Shown: positions 17,950-27,748 of the stretch, piece after piece | Layout of the letters: every line of letters starts with the position of its first letter | Numbering within the stretch: position 1 is the stretch's first letter | From: Candidatus Woesearchaeota archaeon | GTDB lineage: Archaea > Nanobdellota > Nanobdellia > Woesearchaeales > GCA-2686295 | DNA length: 64,000 bases | Direction of reading: 5' to 3' | Assembly: GCA_937912225.1 (NCBI GenBank) | Contig: CALDOJ010000035.1 | Span: 10,571 to 74,570 of the forward strand | Made by a program: the position numbers and the translations under genes | Notes under the pieces: model-generated | What the model was told of the DNA's origin: nothing | What the model saw: the letters and a program-made list of their open reading frames with translations, nothing else | The model's database searches: none

Positions 17950-17991
17950 ATTTCAAAAGCTTTTTATAAAATATTAACTTCCTTTTTTTTT

Positions 17992-18993
17992 ATGGGGAAT
18001 AAGGTTTTAGAATCAACAAAGGTATTAGTGGATAATCCTTCTTTTGTAAAAATTAATGACTTTAAATTAGAAGAAATGGCGAATCATTTTGCAAATCAAA
18101 AATGGTCTTTACCTTCTTATGAATCGCCAGTTTATCCTGGTTGTGTTGGTGATGATCTCGTTGATTTTTTTATTTTGATTAATACTATTAATTTTGCTTT
18201 TAAGGATTTTGAAACAAAAAAAAAGTATGGAACTGAATTTGACGGGCAGTATTATCGAGGAGCGATGGGGATGTTTGCTTCTTTAAAAAAATCATTTGAT
18301 GAAGGTTTGCCTTTATTTGATGGTGCTTATTTATCAGATATGCCTCGAGATGATTTAAAAAAAGTATTTACTGGAAATATTCCAATTCCTATGTTTGAAG
18401 AAAGACTTGATATTTTAAGACAGGTTGGAAGTACGCTTCATGAACTGTATGATGATTCTTTTCATAATATTTTAGATGCTTCAAATAATCGTTTATTTGA
18501 TGACGGGAATGGATTTATTGAACGGTTAATCGGAGATTTTCCTTCTTTTGATGATTCTGTAAATTATGACGGTCAAATAATTAGATTTGATAAAAGAGCT
18601 CAATTAGTTTCAGCAATGCTTTATGGAAGATTCAAAAAGTATAATATGGAGTTATTTGAAGACATTGATGAGTTAAATGTCATGGCGGATTATATTTTAC
18701 CTCAAACACTAAGAGATATGGGGATTTTAGAATATGAATCTAGTTTAGCTGAAAGAATTGACCGTGAAGAAATAATCCTTGCAAGTTCATTAGAAGAAAT
18801 GGAATTACGAGCTAGCACAATTCATGTAGCTCATAGAATGATTGAACAAGTTAATTATCGAATGCCAGATGATAAAAAAATTAATGTTATTCATATGGAC
18901 AATGCACTCTGGTCTTTTTTTAGGTCTGGAAAAGCAGAAGAACTTGGTTTGAAAAAAACACCTCATCATTTAACTCCAACTATTTATTATTGA
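17992..18993 (+). CDS. queuosine-salvage (DUF2419/QNG1-like) family protein
   Basis: 333 aa. N-terminal VLESTKVLVDNPSFVKIND, FFILINTINFAF and C-terminal HHLTPTIYY resemble the DUF2419 pattern. Confidence 0.5.
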   Translation: MGNKVLESTKVLVDNPSFVKINDFKLEEMANHFANQKWSLPSYESPVYPGCVGDDLVDFFILINTINFAFKDFETKKKYGTEFDGQYYRGAMGMFASLKKSFDEGLPLFDGAYLSDMPRDDLKKVFTGNIPIPMFEERLDILRQVGSTLHELYDDSFHNILDASNNRLFDDGNGFIERLIGDFPSFDDSVNYDGQIIRFDKRAQLVSAMLYGRFKKYNMELFEDIDELNVMADYILPQTLRDMGILEYESSLAERIDREEIILASSLEEMELRASTIHVAHRMIEQVNYRMPDDKKINVIHMDNALWSFFRSGKAEELGLKKTPHHLTPTIYY

Positions 18994-19028
18994 AAAATTT
19001 TATAAAGTTCTTGTTTGATATTATTCTT

Positions 19029-19640
19029 ATGATAAAAATAAGTGCATCTGCTCTTGCTGTTGATTTTTCTAATGAAGAAATTGCTAAAGCTAGTTCTGCA
19101 GATTATTTACATATTGATGTGATGGACGGGAATTTTGTAAATAATAAAACGATTTGGTCGGAAGAAGTTTCAGAGATTAAAACAAATTTAATTAAAGATG
19201 TTCATTTAATGATTATTGAACCGGAAAAACATATTGACGAATTTATTAATTCAGGTGCAGATATTATTGATTTTCATGTAGAAGCAGCACGTGACGCTGT
19301 AGGGCTTATAAATCATATTAAAGCAAAGGGTGTAAAAGTTGGTTTAGCAATAAGCCCTGAAACTGCTGTTGATGCAATAAGTTCTTATCTTGGAATGATT
19401 GACCAAGTAATTGTTATGAGTGTGAATCCTGGTTTTGGAGGGCAAGTTTTTATTTCAGAAGTTTTGGATAAGATTAGACATTTGCGAGAATTGAATTCAG
19501 AAGTTGATATTGTTGTTGATGGTGGGATAAATGAAGAAACTGGAAAACTTGCAATTAATGCTGGTGCTAATATTTTAGTTTCAGGAACTTATCTTTTTAA
19601 AAATCCTGAAGAAAGAATTAGACTTCTAAGAAATTTATGA
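19029..19640 (+). CDS. rpe: ribulose-phosphate 3-epimerase
   Basis: ISASALAVDF...YLHIDVMDGNFVNN...HLMI.EP...GADIIDFHVEA...VGLAISPET...VMSVNPGFGGQVF...VVDGGIN...GANILVSG. Probable start ATG 19029; the track starts at 18990. Confidence 0.9.
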   Translation: MIKISASALAVDFSNEEIAKASSADYLHIDVMDGNFVNNKTIWSEEVSEIKTNLIKDVHLMIIEPEKHIDEFINSGADIIDFHVEAARDAVGLINHIKAKGVKVGLAISPETAVDAISSYLGMIDQVIVMSVNPGFGGQVFISEVLDKIRHLRELNSEVDIVVDGGINEETGKLAINAGANILVSGTYLFKNPEERIRLLRNL

Positions 19641-19644
19641 TTAT

Positions 19645-20163
19645 TTATGGATTCTCAAAATATAGAATTTTTTTATTCTTATCAACGATTGGAACAAAAA
19701 CATTATTTTCATATCCTTCTATAATCTCTTCAATTCCTAAATAAAGGTCTGCTTGATTATTGTGAAATTTGACTTTAATGTCGTGAATATTTTCTACTGC
19801 GGTTTCAAGTTTGCCAGTGTAAGTTATTAGGAGATCTTCTGGTTTAGTCCTTTTAAAAATAGCTTCTTTACCATTTTCTTTTCTCATAGTTATAGGATTG
19901 GGAATTGTTAAAATAAATTTTTCTTCTACGTGATTAAGGTGAAGGTTATAATCATTCAAATCACCTTCTAGAATTAAATCTTGAATACTTTCTAGCATTT
20001 GAGGTTTTGGGTCTGCACCTAAATAACCCATTTGTTCAACAATACCTGCAAATTCTTCATATTGTTTAGGGTATTCTTTGTACAATTCTTTATTGAATCG
20101 ATCAGTTCTTAATGCTAAAAAAAGCATAAAATTATCGCTGCCCATAAGTTCCCTCTTTTTCAT
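19645..20163 (-). CDS. hypothetical protein
   Basis: 172-aa ORF with no recognisable motif. Confidence 0.5.
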   Translation of the reverse strand: MKKRELMGSDNFMLFLALRTDRFNKELYKEYPKQYEEFAGIVEQMGYLGADPKPQMLESIQDLILEGDLNDYNLHLNHVEEKFILTIPNPITMRKENGKEAIFKRTKPEDLLITYTGKLETAVENIHDIKVKFHNNQADLYLGIEEIIEGYENNVFVPIVDKNKKILYFENP

Positions 20164-20254
20164 TTCTGAATTTAAGAGTATTTAAAGTTTCCTATAAAAT
20201 AATAGAAATATTTTTAAATTATGAATTTAGCTCTTAAATTTGAGGTGTATATTT

Positions 20255-20929
20255 ATGGTTAATTATGTAGATGCAATCAAAAAACCTTTTTCTGATTGGA
20301 AAAAACTTTCAATTGGAGCTTTAATGTATTTATTACCGTTTCTTAATTTTTTAACTGGTTTCATTGGTCGAGGTTATACTTTAGAATGTGCAAAACATCA
20401 TAATAAGAAATTGCCTGTTTGGAAAAAGTTCTGGCAATTATTTGTAAGAGGAGTTGTTATGGTTGTTGTTGGATTAATATATGCTCTTCCTTTCTTAATA
20501 GTGTTATCTGTTATGTTAGGGTCTGCTTTAGCAGAAAATGTAACTGCAACAATGTCTGAAGAAGCTTTTGTAGCGTTTTTAGAAAGTACTTTTGTAGCAA
20601 TGGGTTTTCAAATAGTATTATTGCTTTTATTAATGGCTTTTACTATTTATTGTATACCTATGGCTTTGATGCATTATATGCAACATTATAAATTTGGTGA
20701 TGCATTCCAACTAAATAGTATTTTACAAAAAGTATTTTCAGTCAAGTATCTTATAACTTGCATTGTAATTGTGGCATATACTTTTGTATTATCTGGAGTT
20801 GCAGGATTATTATCTGGTTTGACGAAGATAACTGTAGTTCTTCCATATGTAATAAATGCTTATTTCAGTATCATAACTGGAATAACATCAATGACTATGT
20901 TTGGAGAAGTGTATAAAGAACTGAAGTAG
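20255..20929 (+). CDS. DUF4013-like multi-pass membrane protein
   Basis: MVNYVDAIKKPFSDWKKLSIGALMYLLPFLNF... followed by about 5 TM helices. GAGGTG RBS before ATG 20255. Confidence 0.5.
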   Translation: MVNYVDAIKKPFSDWKKLSIGALMYLLPFLNFLTGFIGRGYTLECAKHHNKKLPVWKKFWQLFVRGVVMVVVGLIYALPFLIVLSVMLGSALAENVTATMSEEAFVAFLESTFVAMGFQIVLLLLLMAFTIYCIPMALMHYMQHYKFGDAFQLNSILQKVFSVKYLITCIVIVAYTFVLSGVAGLLSGLTKITVVLPYVINAYFSIITGITSMTMFGEVYKELK

Positions 20930-20930
20930 T

Positions 20931-20956
20931 TCTTTTATTTTTTTTATTTTTTTTTA
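20931..20956. terminator. T-rich bidirectional terminator region between convergent genes
   Basis: TCTTTTATTTTTTTTATTTTTTTTT between the stops at 20929 (+) and 20975 (-). Confidence 0.4.
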
Positions 20957-20974
20957 AATCCTAATCTAAAAGCA

Positions 20975-21643
20975 TTATTGAAATTCTATTTTTTCATCTA
21001 GATAGACTCCTTTATCAAGCCTTACTGGTCTCCAAGTATCGATGACTAGTTTTGCTTCAAGCCAATCAGCGAGTTCTTGTGGGTTTCCAATTGTTGCACT
21101 AAGTCCTATAATCTGGATTTTTTTTTGAAGCTCACGCAAAATTGTAATTACTATTTCAAGTGTTGGTCCTCTACCAGGATCATTAAGTAAATGAATTTCA
21201 TCTAATACAACGACTTTAACCATGTTTAACCATGGTGCTTTATGTCTCATTAATGAATCAAGTTTTTCACTAGTTGTGATTATTAAGTCATATTTTTCTA
21301 AGTAAGAATCTGAGCTATCAATATCTCCAATACTCATAGCTATTTTGAAAAATTGTTCATAATGTCTTTTGAAATCCTTGAACTTTTCAGAAGCTAAAGC
21401 TTTTAATGGAACAACATAGATAGCTTTTCCTTTATCATGAAAGATTGCGTTAAGGATTGCAAGTTCTGCAACCAAGGTCTTCCCTGAAGCTGTTGGTGTG
21501 CAAACTAATAAGCTTTTGTCTTCGAAGAGTCCTGCATTTATGCTTTTAGTTTGAGATGGTCTAAGAGTTTCAAAACCTCTCTTCTTAAGAACGGAATAAA
21601 TTTTCTTTGGAATTTTATTTTCGAACTTGGATAATTGAGACAT
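20975..21643 (-). CDS. Hel308/Ski2-like helicase, RecA1 domain only (truncated or split gene)
   Basis: 222 aa with motif I TPTASGKT, Ia VVPLKALA, II LDEIH, III SAT, then WRPVRLDKGVY. It stops where the RecA2 domain should begin, and no continuation lies downstream. Confidence 0.7.
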   Translation of the reverse strand: MSQLSKFENKIPKKIYSVLKKRGFETLRPSQTKSINAGLFEDKSLLVCTPTASGKTLVAELAILNAIFHDKGKAIYVVPLKALASEKFKDFKRHYEQFFKIAMSIGDIDSSDSYLEKYDLIITTSEKLDSLMRHKAPWLNMVKVVVLDEIHLLNDPGRGPTLEIVITILRELQKKIQIIGLSATIGNPQELADWLEAKLVIDTWRPVRLDKGVYLDEKIEFQ

Positions 21644-21773
21644 AAAAAAAGAAAAAAGAAACGGGTTTAAAAAAGTAGTGAAAAATGCGTTTTTTACTTT
21701 AAAATGAAAACAAGGGAAAATTTTATATACTTATTTCACTAATGTTTTTTTTAAAGAGGAGATTGGTTGTTAG

Positions 21774-22178
21774 GTGATTTATTTGTTTGAAGATGAAAAT
21801 ACTAAAATCGAACACAGGACAAATGGTTTACTTTTTCATGTAGACAAAACTGAAACTGTTCAAAGAGTATCTCACTTTTTATCTTTCTATAAAGCTGATG
21901 CGGTAATAGTTAGACATAATGGTGTTCCTGTTGGTATGATTACTGCTGGTGATGTAATAAAAGGAGTTGCTATTTCTGGAGGAGACTTATCTGCAATAGT
22001 TGCTGAGAATATTATGTCTGCTCCAATAATAAGTTTAGATCATGATAAATATGTTGATGAAGTTAAAGCTTTCATGCTTGATAAAGGTTTAATAAAATTA
22101 CCCATAAAGAAAGAAGAGGATATTGTTGGGTTGGTTGTTGAACCAGAAATTCTAATTAACAGTAGTTTGTACAAATAA
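21774..22178 (+). CDS. CBS-domain pair protein
   Basis: VIVRHNGVPVGMITAGDVIKGV and IMSAPIISLDHDKYVDEVKAFMLDKGLIKLPI..EEDIVGLV are typical CBS repeats. GTG start. Confidence 0.7.
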   Translation: MIYLFEDENTKIEHRTNGLLFHVDKTETVQRVSHFLSFYKADAVIVRHNGVPVGMITAGDVIKGVAISGGDLSAIVAENIMSAPIISLDHDKYVDEVKAFMLDKGLIKLPIKKEEDIVGLVVEPEILINSSLYK

Positions 22179-22192
22179 AAAAATAAAAAAAA

Positions 22193-22666
22193 TTAGTTCT
22201 CATCTAAATTAACATAATCAAGAAACAATGAGATTGTGTGTGGTATGGCATTTCTTTCTGCAATTAAAAATAAAGTTTTATGTTCTGGTTTCTTTGGTTG
22301 AGTATCTGAGTTAAACACTCGATATTGGCCTTCACAAGAGGTTATATTCTTAGAATATAATTTTATGAATGTAGAAACATCTTTAATAGACGCTTCTTCA
22401 ATATGTTCTCCTATATCTGGACTGCTTATCAAGTATAACATTTTCAAAGAATAATTATCGGATTCTATTTCGGAAAGATACTGCTTTATTATGGAAAATT
22501 CATCGCCGTTTATTTGGTAGTTATTATCGTATTCTGCAAATAAAGAATCATAACTTGAAGAGATTTCTTTTTTAAAAAATTCTATGCCAATTATTGAACT
22601 GGTGGATTCAATAGATTCTTTAGTAGTTTGTTTTAAGTTATTTTCACTCATTTTTTTACCTTCCAA
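22193..22666 (-). CDS. hypothetical protein
   Basis: 157-aa ORF. Its start overlaps the stop of the upstream minus-strand ORF 22656..23081 by 11 nt. Confidence 0.45.
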   Translation of the reverse strand: MEGKKMSENNLKQTTKESIESTSSIIGIEFFKKEISSSYDSLFAEYDNNYQINGDEFSIIKQYLSEIESDNYSLKMLYLISSPDIGEHIEEASIKDVSTFIKLYSKNITSCEGQYRVFNSDTQPKKPEHKTLFLIAERNAIPHTISLFLDYVNLDEN

Positions 22667-23081
22667 TTTCCATCAAAGTTTGATATAAATTATCTATACT
22701 ATCTGCTTCTGCAGGAGTCATTACTCTGGTAGAGTTGCTATAATCCCAAGAATCAATACTTGAATCTCTGATAAGGTGATTTGTTCCCAAGGTTGGACGA
22801 TTAGATCCGCTTGTATAGTAAACTGTTATTGTTTCTTCAACTGTTTTTTTATCACCATCATGATCCATGAATCTTGTTTCTTTTTTGTAAAGTCTTTGAC
22901 TTCCAATGTATTCTGTTATTGCTATTGTTTTTGAAGAATCTGCTAAAATTAATTTATTAAGGTTTTTAGCTTGGTTTTGAAGTTTTTCTTGATGTTTTGC
23001 TTCAACATCACATCCTATGATTGTTGTAAGCAAACAAGTTCCTAATATTAAGTTTGTAATTTTATTCATTTTTTTTCTCAC
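22656..23081 (-). CDS. hypothetical secreted protein or lipoprotein candidate
   Basis: MRKKMNKITNLILGTCLLTTIIGCDVEA, a signal peptide with a lipobox-like IIGC. Confidence 0.5.
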   Translation of the reverse strand: MRKKMNKITNLILGTCLLTTIIGCDVEAKHQEKLQNQAKNLNKLILADSSKTIAITEYIGSQRLYKKETRFMDHDGDKKTVEETITVYYTSGSNRPTLGTNHLIRDSSIDSWDYSNSTRVMTPAEADSIDNLYQTLMEIGR

Positions 23082-23117
23082 CTTCTTTTTTTAAAAAATT
23101 AAAAAATTAAAAAATAA

Positions 23118-23789
23118 TTAAAATTTATACTGGATTCTTATAGCGGGTGTCGCTTTAGGTACTAGTTGGTCTTTGCTTTCTAAATCTCTTACAAGTTCTG
23201 CAAGTCCTGCAATGTTAACTGTTCCAATTGGTATTTCAAAGTCTCTTTCTATAACGAGTCTTCCGTATCCCCATTTCATATCTTCTGGGTCTGTTGCATC
23301 AACTACTCCGAATCCGTACATTTTGATTCCGAATGGCATTGGAGCTGAAAGGTAGTAGTCAAGACTTTTTTTCATTTGTTCTTCTTCGTTCTTCATAACT
23401 TTTCCTTCATCAATGTGTATTGGTAATGCACTTACTGATATAGTGTATCCTTCTGGCAAACCTGGTACTGTATAGTTTAATCCAATTCCAGTTGATGTGT
23501 GCATTTCGTTTGCTTGGACTGTTTCTGTTCTTGCAGCTACTCCTTTTGCAATTGGTGTTGTTAATTTTGTTTTTGTAACGTATCCACCGTCTTCTTTTAA
23601 GTCGATAAATCCGTTTGCGCTTAATTTATCCATTATGTTATATTTCCAGTTTAGTTCGATTGTGTTTTTTTCTGTTTCTGTGTTATAGATGTTTTGGATT
23701 GATGCACTATTTCCTTGTCCGAATGTTAATCCTGCCATTAAGGCAATGGTTCCGATAATTTTTGTTAGTCTTTTCATTTTATTTTTCAC
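23118..23789 (-). CDS. hypothetical secreted beta-rich protein
   Basis: Signal peptide MKNKMKRLTKIIGTIALMAGLTFGQG. Alternating-polarity strands (GIGLNYTV, YTISVSALPIHI, GIKMYGFGVV). C-terminal ...AIRIQYKF. Confidence 0.5.
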   Translation of the reverse strand: MKNKMKRLTKIIGTIALMAGLTFGQGNSASIQNIYNTETEKNTIELNWKYNIMDKLSANGFIDLKEDGGYVTKTKLTTPIAKGVAARTETVQANEMHTSTGIGLNYTVPGLPEGYTISVSALPIHIDEGKVMKNEEEQMKKSLDYYLSAPMPFGIKMYGFGVVDATDPEDMKWGYGRLVIERDFEIPIGTVNIAGLAELVRDLESKDQLVPKATPAIRIQYKF

Positions 23790-23901
23790 CTCTGTTGTGA
23801 ACTTAATACTACTTTAGAGTGATTACACTATATAAACATTACCTAACCCTGAAGGGGGAGAAATAATAAGTTTTTTATACTAGAGGAGCTTAAGACGAGT
23901 T

Positions 23902-25878
23902 ATGGACATATCTATACTAGAAGAAATAGGTTTAACAAAGTCAGAAACAAATGTATACTTGGCACTTCTTGAGCTTGGAAGTACCTCAACAGGAAAAATA
24001 GTTGACAAATCAGGAGCTGCAAGCTCAAAGATATATGAAATTCTAGATCGATTAATGCAAAAAGGATTAGTTAGTTATGTAATTAAAAATGGTGTTAAAT
24101 ATTTTGAAGCAGCACCACCAGAAAGGATAATGGATTATATGGAAGAAAAAGAAGAACATTTTCAAAAACAAAAAAACAAACTAAAAAATATTCTTCCAGA
24201 ACTAGAATTAAAAAGAACTTTATCTAAATATAAGTCAGAAGCAACAATCTATAAGGGAATAAAAGGAGTTGAAACGGCATTCTATTCAGCCTTAGATCTA
24301 TTAGAAGATGGTGATGAAATGCTTGTTACAGGAATTCCAAAAAGAACAGATGTTCTAAATAGATTTTTTCTAAAATTTGGAAAAGAAAGAGAAAAAAGAA
24401 ATATTCTGATGAGAGCATTATTTAATGAAGATGCAAAAAATGATGCTCAGATTGCAGCAGTATTTTCAGAAATTAAATTTATGTCACAAACAACTCCTGC
24501 AGCAATTAATATTTTCAATAACAGAGTGTTAATATTCCCAGAAACAGAAGAAAACCTTCTAATATCAATCGACAGTAAAGAAGTAGCAGAATCATTTAGA
24601 GTTCAATTTGAAATGCAATGGAATCAGGATACTAATACTACAACAGGATTTGAAAATGTAACGACTAAGTTTGACAATATGTTAGAAGAACTTAAAGAAG
24701 GAGATGAGTATTATGTTCTTGGAGCAAGTCTTGAATTAAAAGATCAAAAAATGAATGATTGGACGGATGAGTTTCATAAAAAAAGATTTGAACAAAAGAA
24801 GAAAGTTAAATTTTTAACTTCATATGAAGCGTATGACTTGGTAAAGAATAGCGTAATGCGATATGGAGATAAAAATCTTGAAATTACAAAGATGAAGAGA
24901 TTATCACCAGAGTTTTCTGCACCATTTCAAATTAATCTTTGGAAAGGAGACAGAGTATGGTTTACTTTTTGGGAAAAAGATATGAGATGTTTTGAAATAC
25001 TTTCTAAAGATGCTTATAATCATTTCAAAAAGTACTTTGATGCTTTATGGAATCAAGAAACGATGGCTGTAAAAGGTTTTGATAATTTAAAATTTTTATT
25101 GCGAGGTTTTATTGATGAATTAAAAGAGAATAACGAAGATTATTTAGCAATTGGAGCAGGTTTTGGTCCAAAAGCATCTGAAAGAAAATATTTAGATTTT
25201 TTTAAAGAAAACGCTGCTTATAGAAATAAACTTGGTGTAAATAGTAAATTATTATTTCAACAAGGCATGGAACAAACTGTTAAAGAAAGAAAAAAGTATT
25301 TAGATAATCCTGAAATTAAACATTTGCCTTATTCAACAAAAACTCCTGTATCAATAATGCCTTCTAAAGATAAAACATTATTAATAATTCAAGATAAAGA
25401 ACCAACAACAGTTGTTATAGAGAATGAATTAATTGGAAAAGCATTCATAGAAAATTTTAATTCTTTATGGAATCAGAAGACTGCCATTTATGAAGGCTTA
25501 GATAAAGTCAAGCAATTGATGTTAGAAATGGTTAATTATGGGGACTATAAAGTTATTGCAGAAGGAAATAATTATCTTTTCAAAACTTTGGGGAGAAAGT
25601 TTTTTGATGAATGGCAAGAAAAAAAGAAAGAATTAGGAGTTAAATCACAAGGAGTAACTGAATATGAATATAAAGGTCAATACATGATAACAAAATCAAC
25701 TGCTAACTTTCGATTCATAAAAGATCATAAGTCGCCTGCAACAACTTTTATATTCAAAGATAGAATTATAACAATAAACTTTTCAGACAGGCCAATTGCA
25801 AATATGATACATGATACACAAGTAGCGAATGATTATAGAATATATTTTGAAACGCTTTGGAATAAAGCAGAAAAATAA
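23902..25878 (+). CDS. TrmB-family regulator with four tandem C-terminal effector-type modules
   Basis: N-terminal wHTH LEEIGLTKSETNVYLALLELGSTSTGKIVDKSGAASSKIYEILDRLMQKGLVSY. Four modules of about 140 aa follow, ending FEMQWNQ, FDALWNQ, FNSLWNQ and FETLWNK. Compare FETLWG at the end of the 236-aa TrmB at 3004. Confidence 0.7.
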   Translation: MDISILEEIGLTKSETNVYLALLELGSTSTGKIVDKSGAASSKIYEILDRLMQKGLVSYVIKNGVKYFEAAPPERIMDYMEEKEEHFQKQKNKLKNILPELELKRTLSKYKSEATIYKGIKGVETAFYSALDLLEDGDEMLVTGIPKRTDVLNRFFLKFGKEREKRNILMRALFNEDAKNDAQIAAVFSEIKFMSQTTPAAINIFNNRVLIFPETEENLLISIDSKEVAESFRVQFEMQWNQDTNTTTGFENVTTKFDNMLEELKEGDEYYVLGASLELKDQKMNDWTDEFHKKRFEQKKKVKFLTSYEAYDLVKNSVMRYGDKNLEITKMKRLSPEFSAPFQINLWKGDRVWFTFWEKDMRCFEILSKDAYNHFKKYFDALWNQETMAVKGFDNLKFLLRGFIDELKENNEDYLAIGAGFGPKASERKYLDFFKENAAYRNKLGVNSKLLFQQGMEQTVKERKKYLDNPEIKHLPYSTKTPVSIMPSKDKTLLIIQDKEPTTVVIENELIGKAFIENFNSLWNQKTAIYEGLDKVKQLMLEMVNYGDYKVIAEGNNYLFKTLGRKFFDEWQEKKKELGVKSQGVTEYEYKGQYMITKSTANFRFIKDHKSPATTFIFKDRIITINFSDRPIANMIHDTQVANDYRIYFETLWNKAEK

Positions 25879-25936
25879 AATGCTCAGAACTAAAAGTTTT
25901 GGCACACAAAATTTACAATTTTGATGAGTTCAAAAT
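25879..25936 (+). repeat. AATGCTCAG-type multi-hairpin intergenic element, copy 2
   Basis: AATGCTCAGAACTAAAAGTTTTGGCACACAAAATTTACAATTTTGATGAGTTCAAAAT. Hairpins CAGAAC/GTTTTG and CAAAAT/ATTTTG. Lies between convergent stops at 25878 and 25961. Confidence 0.75.
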
Positions 25937-25960
25937 AAAAAATTTTAAACTAAATTAATT

Positions 25961-27610
25961 CTACATATGTGGCATTCCGCCCATACCACCCATTCCAGGA
26001 GGCATACCTTCAGGCATTCCACCACCATGGTTTGAACTGCCACTAGCGATAATATCATCAATTCTTAATATCATAACTGCGACTTCAGCAGCACTTGAAA
26101 CTGCTTGAGTTTTAATCTTTAAAGGTTCGATAACACCATTCTTCCAAGCATCCATGACTTTGCCAGTAAAAACATTAATACCAGCCCATTTCTCGTTTTT
26201 ATCATGCTTTGATTTTAAATCAGCAAGAACATCAATTGGGTCGAGTCCTGCATTTTCTGCAAGAGTTCGAGGAATAACTTCCATGGCTTCTGCAAATGCT
26301 TGAACTGCTAATTGTTCTCTACCTGATAATGAGTCTGCATATTTTCGAAGTTCTTTAGCTAGTTCCATTTCAGGAGCACCAGCTCCAGCAACGACTTTAT
26401 TATTCTTAAGAGCTGCTGCAACATCGCCAATAGCATCTTCCATAGCTCTTTTAATTTCATCAACAACATGTTCTGTTCCGCCTCTGATAAGAATTGTAAC
26501 TGCGCCTGCATTTTTGCACTCTCGGACATAAGTCATTGATTCATCACCAACTTTAATTTCTTCAACAACTCCTGCTTTTCCTAATTCTGAAGGTGCTAAA
26601 TCTTCAAGGTTTGAAATAATATTTCCAGTAGTTGCTTTTGATAATAATTCCATATCAGATTTTTTAACTCTTCGAGTTGCATAAATTCCTTTTTTTGCAA
26701 GGAAATGTTGAGCTAAATCATCAATACCTTTTTGACAGAAAATAACATTTGCACCACTAGCAACAATTTTATCAACCATTTTTCTTAACATGTTTTCTTC
26801 CATGTCAAGAAATGCTTGCATTTTTTCAGGATCGGTAATTGAAATCTTAGCATCAGTTTCAGTATTTTTAATTTCAAGAGCAGTATCAATTAATGCAATT
26901 CTAGCATTGTTAACAACTCGAGGCATACTACCATTAACTCGTTCTTTATCAAGAACAAGTCCTTGGATTAATTCAGTATCTTCAACACTTCCACCAATTT
27001 TCTTTTCAATTTTAACATTTGCAATGTCAATATTGTTTTTACCATTTTCTTTTGTTGAAACTCTTGTAAGTGCTTGAACAGTGATCTGAGCTAAATGTTC
27101 TTTTTTAGCTTCTGCACCTTTACCAGTCATAGCAGTAATAGCAATTTTTTCTAAAGTTTTTAAATCATTTTCAGAAACATTTACTGCTAGTGCATTTAGA
27201 ATTTCTTGTGCTTTTTCAGCTGCTAATCGATAACCTTTTGCAATGACTGTTGGATGAATCTCTTGATCAAGAAGTCCTTCAGCTTTTTTTAATAATTCTC
27301 CTGCAAGTACGACTGCAGTGGTTGTTCCATCGCCAACTTCGTTTTCTTGAGTCTTTGCGATTTCAACAATCATCTTTGCACTTGGATGTTCGATGTTCAT
27401 TTCTTCAAGGATTGTAACTCCATCGTTTGTTACAGTAACATCGCCCATTGAGTCAACGACCATTTTATCCATTCCTTTAGGACCTAGTGTTGTTCGAACT
27501 GATTCAGCAACTAGTTTTGCAGCAGTAATGTTCATTCTTTGAGCATCCTTACCGCTAGTTCTTGTTGAATCTTCCGGCATTATAAAAATTGGTTGTAAAT
27601 TATTTGTCAT
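25961..27610 (-). CDS. ths: thermosome subunit (group II chaperonin)
   Basis: 549 aa. [43 protein letters not shown], group II helical protrusion region, C-terminal [20 protein letters not shown] tail. Confidence 0.95.
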   Translation of the reverse strand: MTNNLQPIFIMPEDSTRTSGKDAQRMNITAAKLVAESVRTTLGPKGMDKMVVDSMGDVTVTNDGVTILEEMNIEHPSAKMIVEIAKTQENEVGDGTTTAVVLAGELLKKAEGLLDQEIHPTVIAKGYRLAAEKAQEILNALAVNVSENDLKTLEKIAITAMTGKGAEAKKEHLAQITVQALTRVSTKENGKNNIDIANVKIEKKIGGSVEDTELIQGLVLDKERVNGSMPRVVNNARIALIDTALEIKNTETDAKISITDPEKMQAFLDMEENMLRKMVDKIVASGANVIFCQKGIDDLAQHFLAKKGIYATRRVKKSDMELLSKATTGNIISNLEDLAPSELGKAGVVEEIKVGDESMTYVRECKNAGAVTILIRGGTEHVVDEIKRAMEDAIGDVAAALKNNKVVAGAGAPEMELAKELRKYADSLSGREQLAVQAFAEAMEVIPRTLAENAGLDPIDVLADLKSKHDKNEKWAGINVFTGKVMDAWKNGVIEPLKIKTQAVSSAAEVAVMILRIDDIIASGSSNHGGGMPEGMPPGMGGMGGMPHM

Positions 27611-27748
27611 GTTAAAAACACCTCCAGATATATGTTTAATTATGAGTACTTTTGCGAATTGTATGCTGTTTATATAGGTTACGGTTCAAGACTAAAAAAT
27701 AGTTCTGCACGGAATATCTTTAAATAACTCTTTTGATTACCAATAGTT

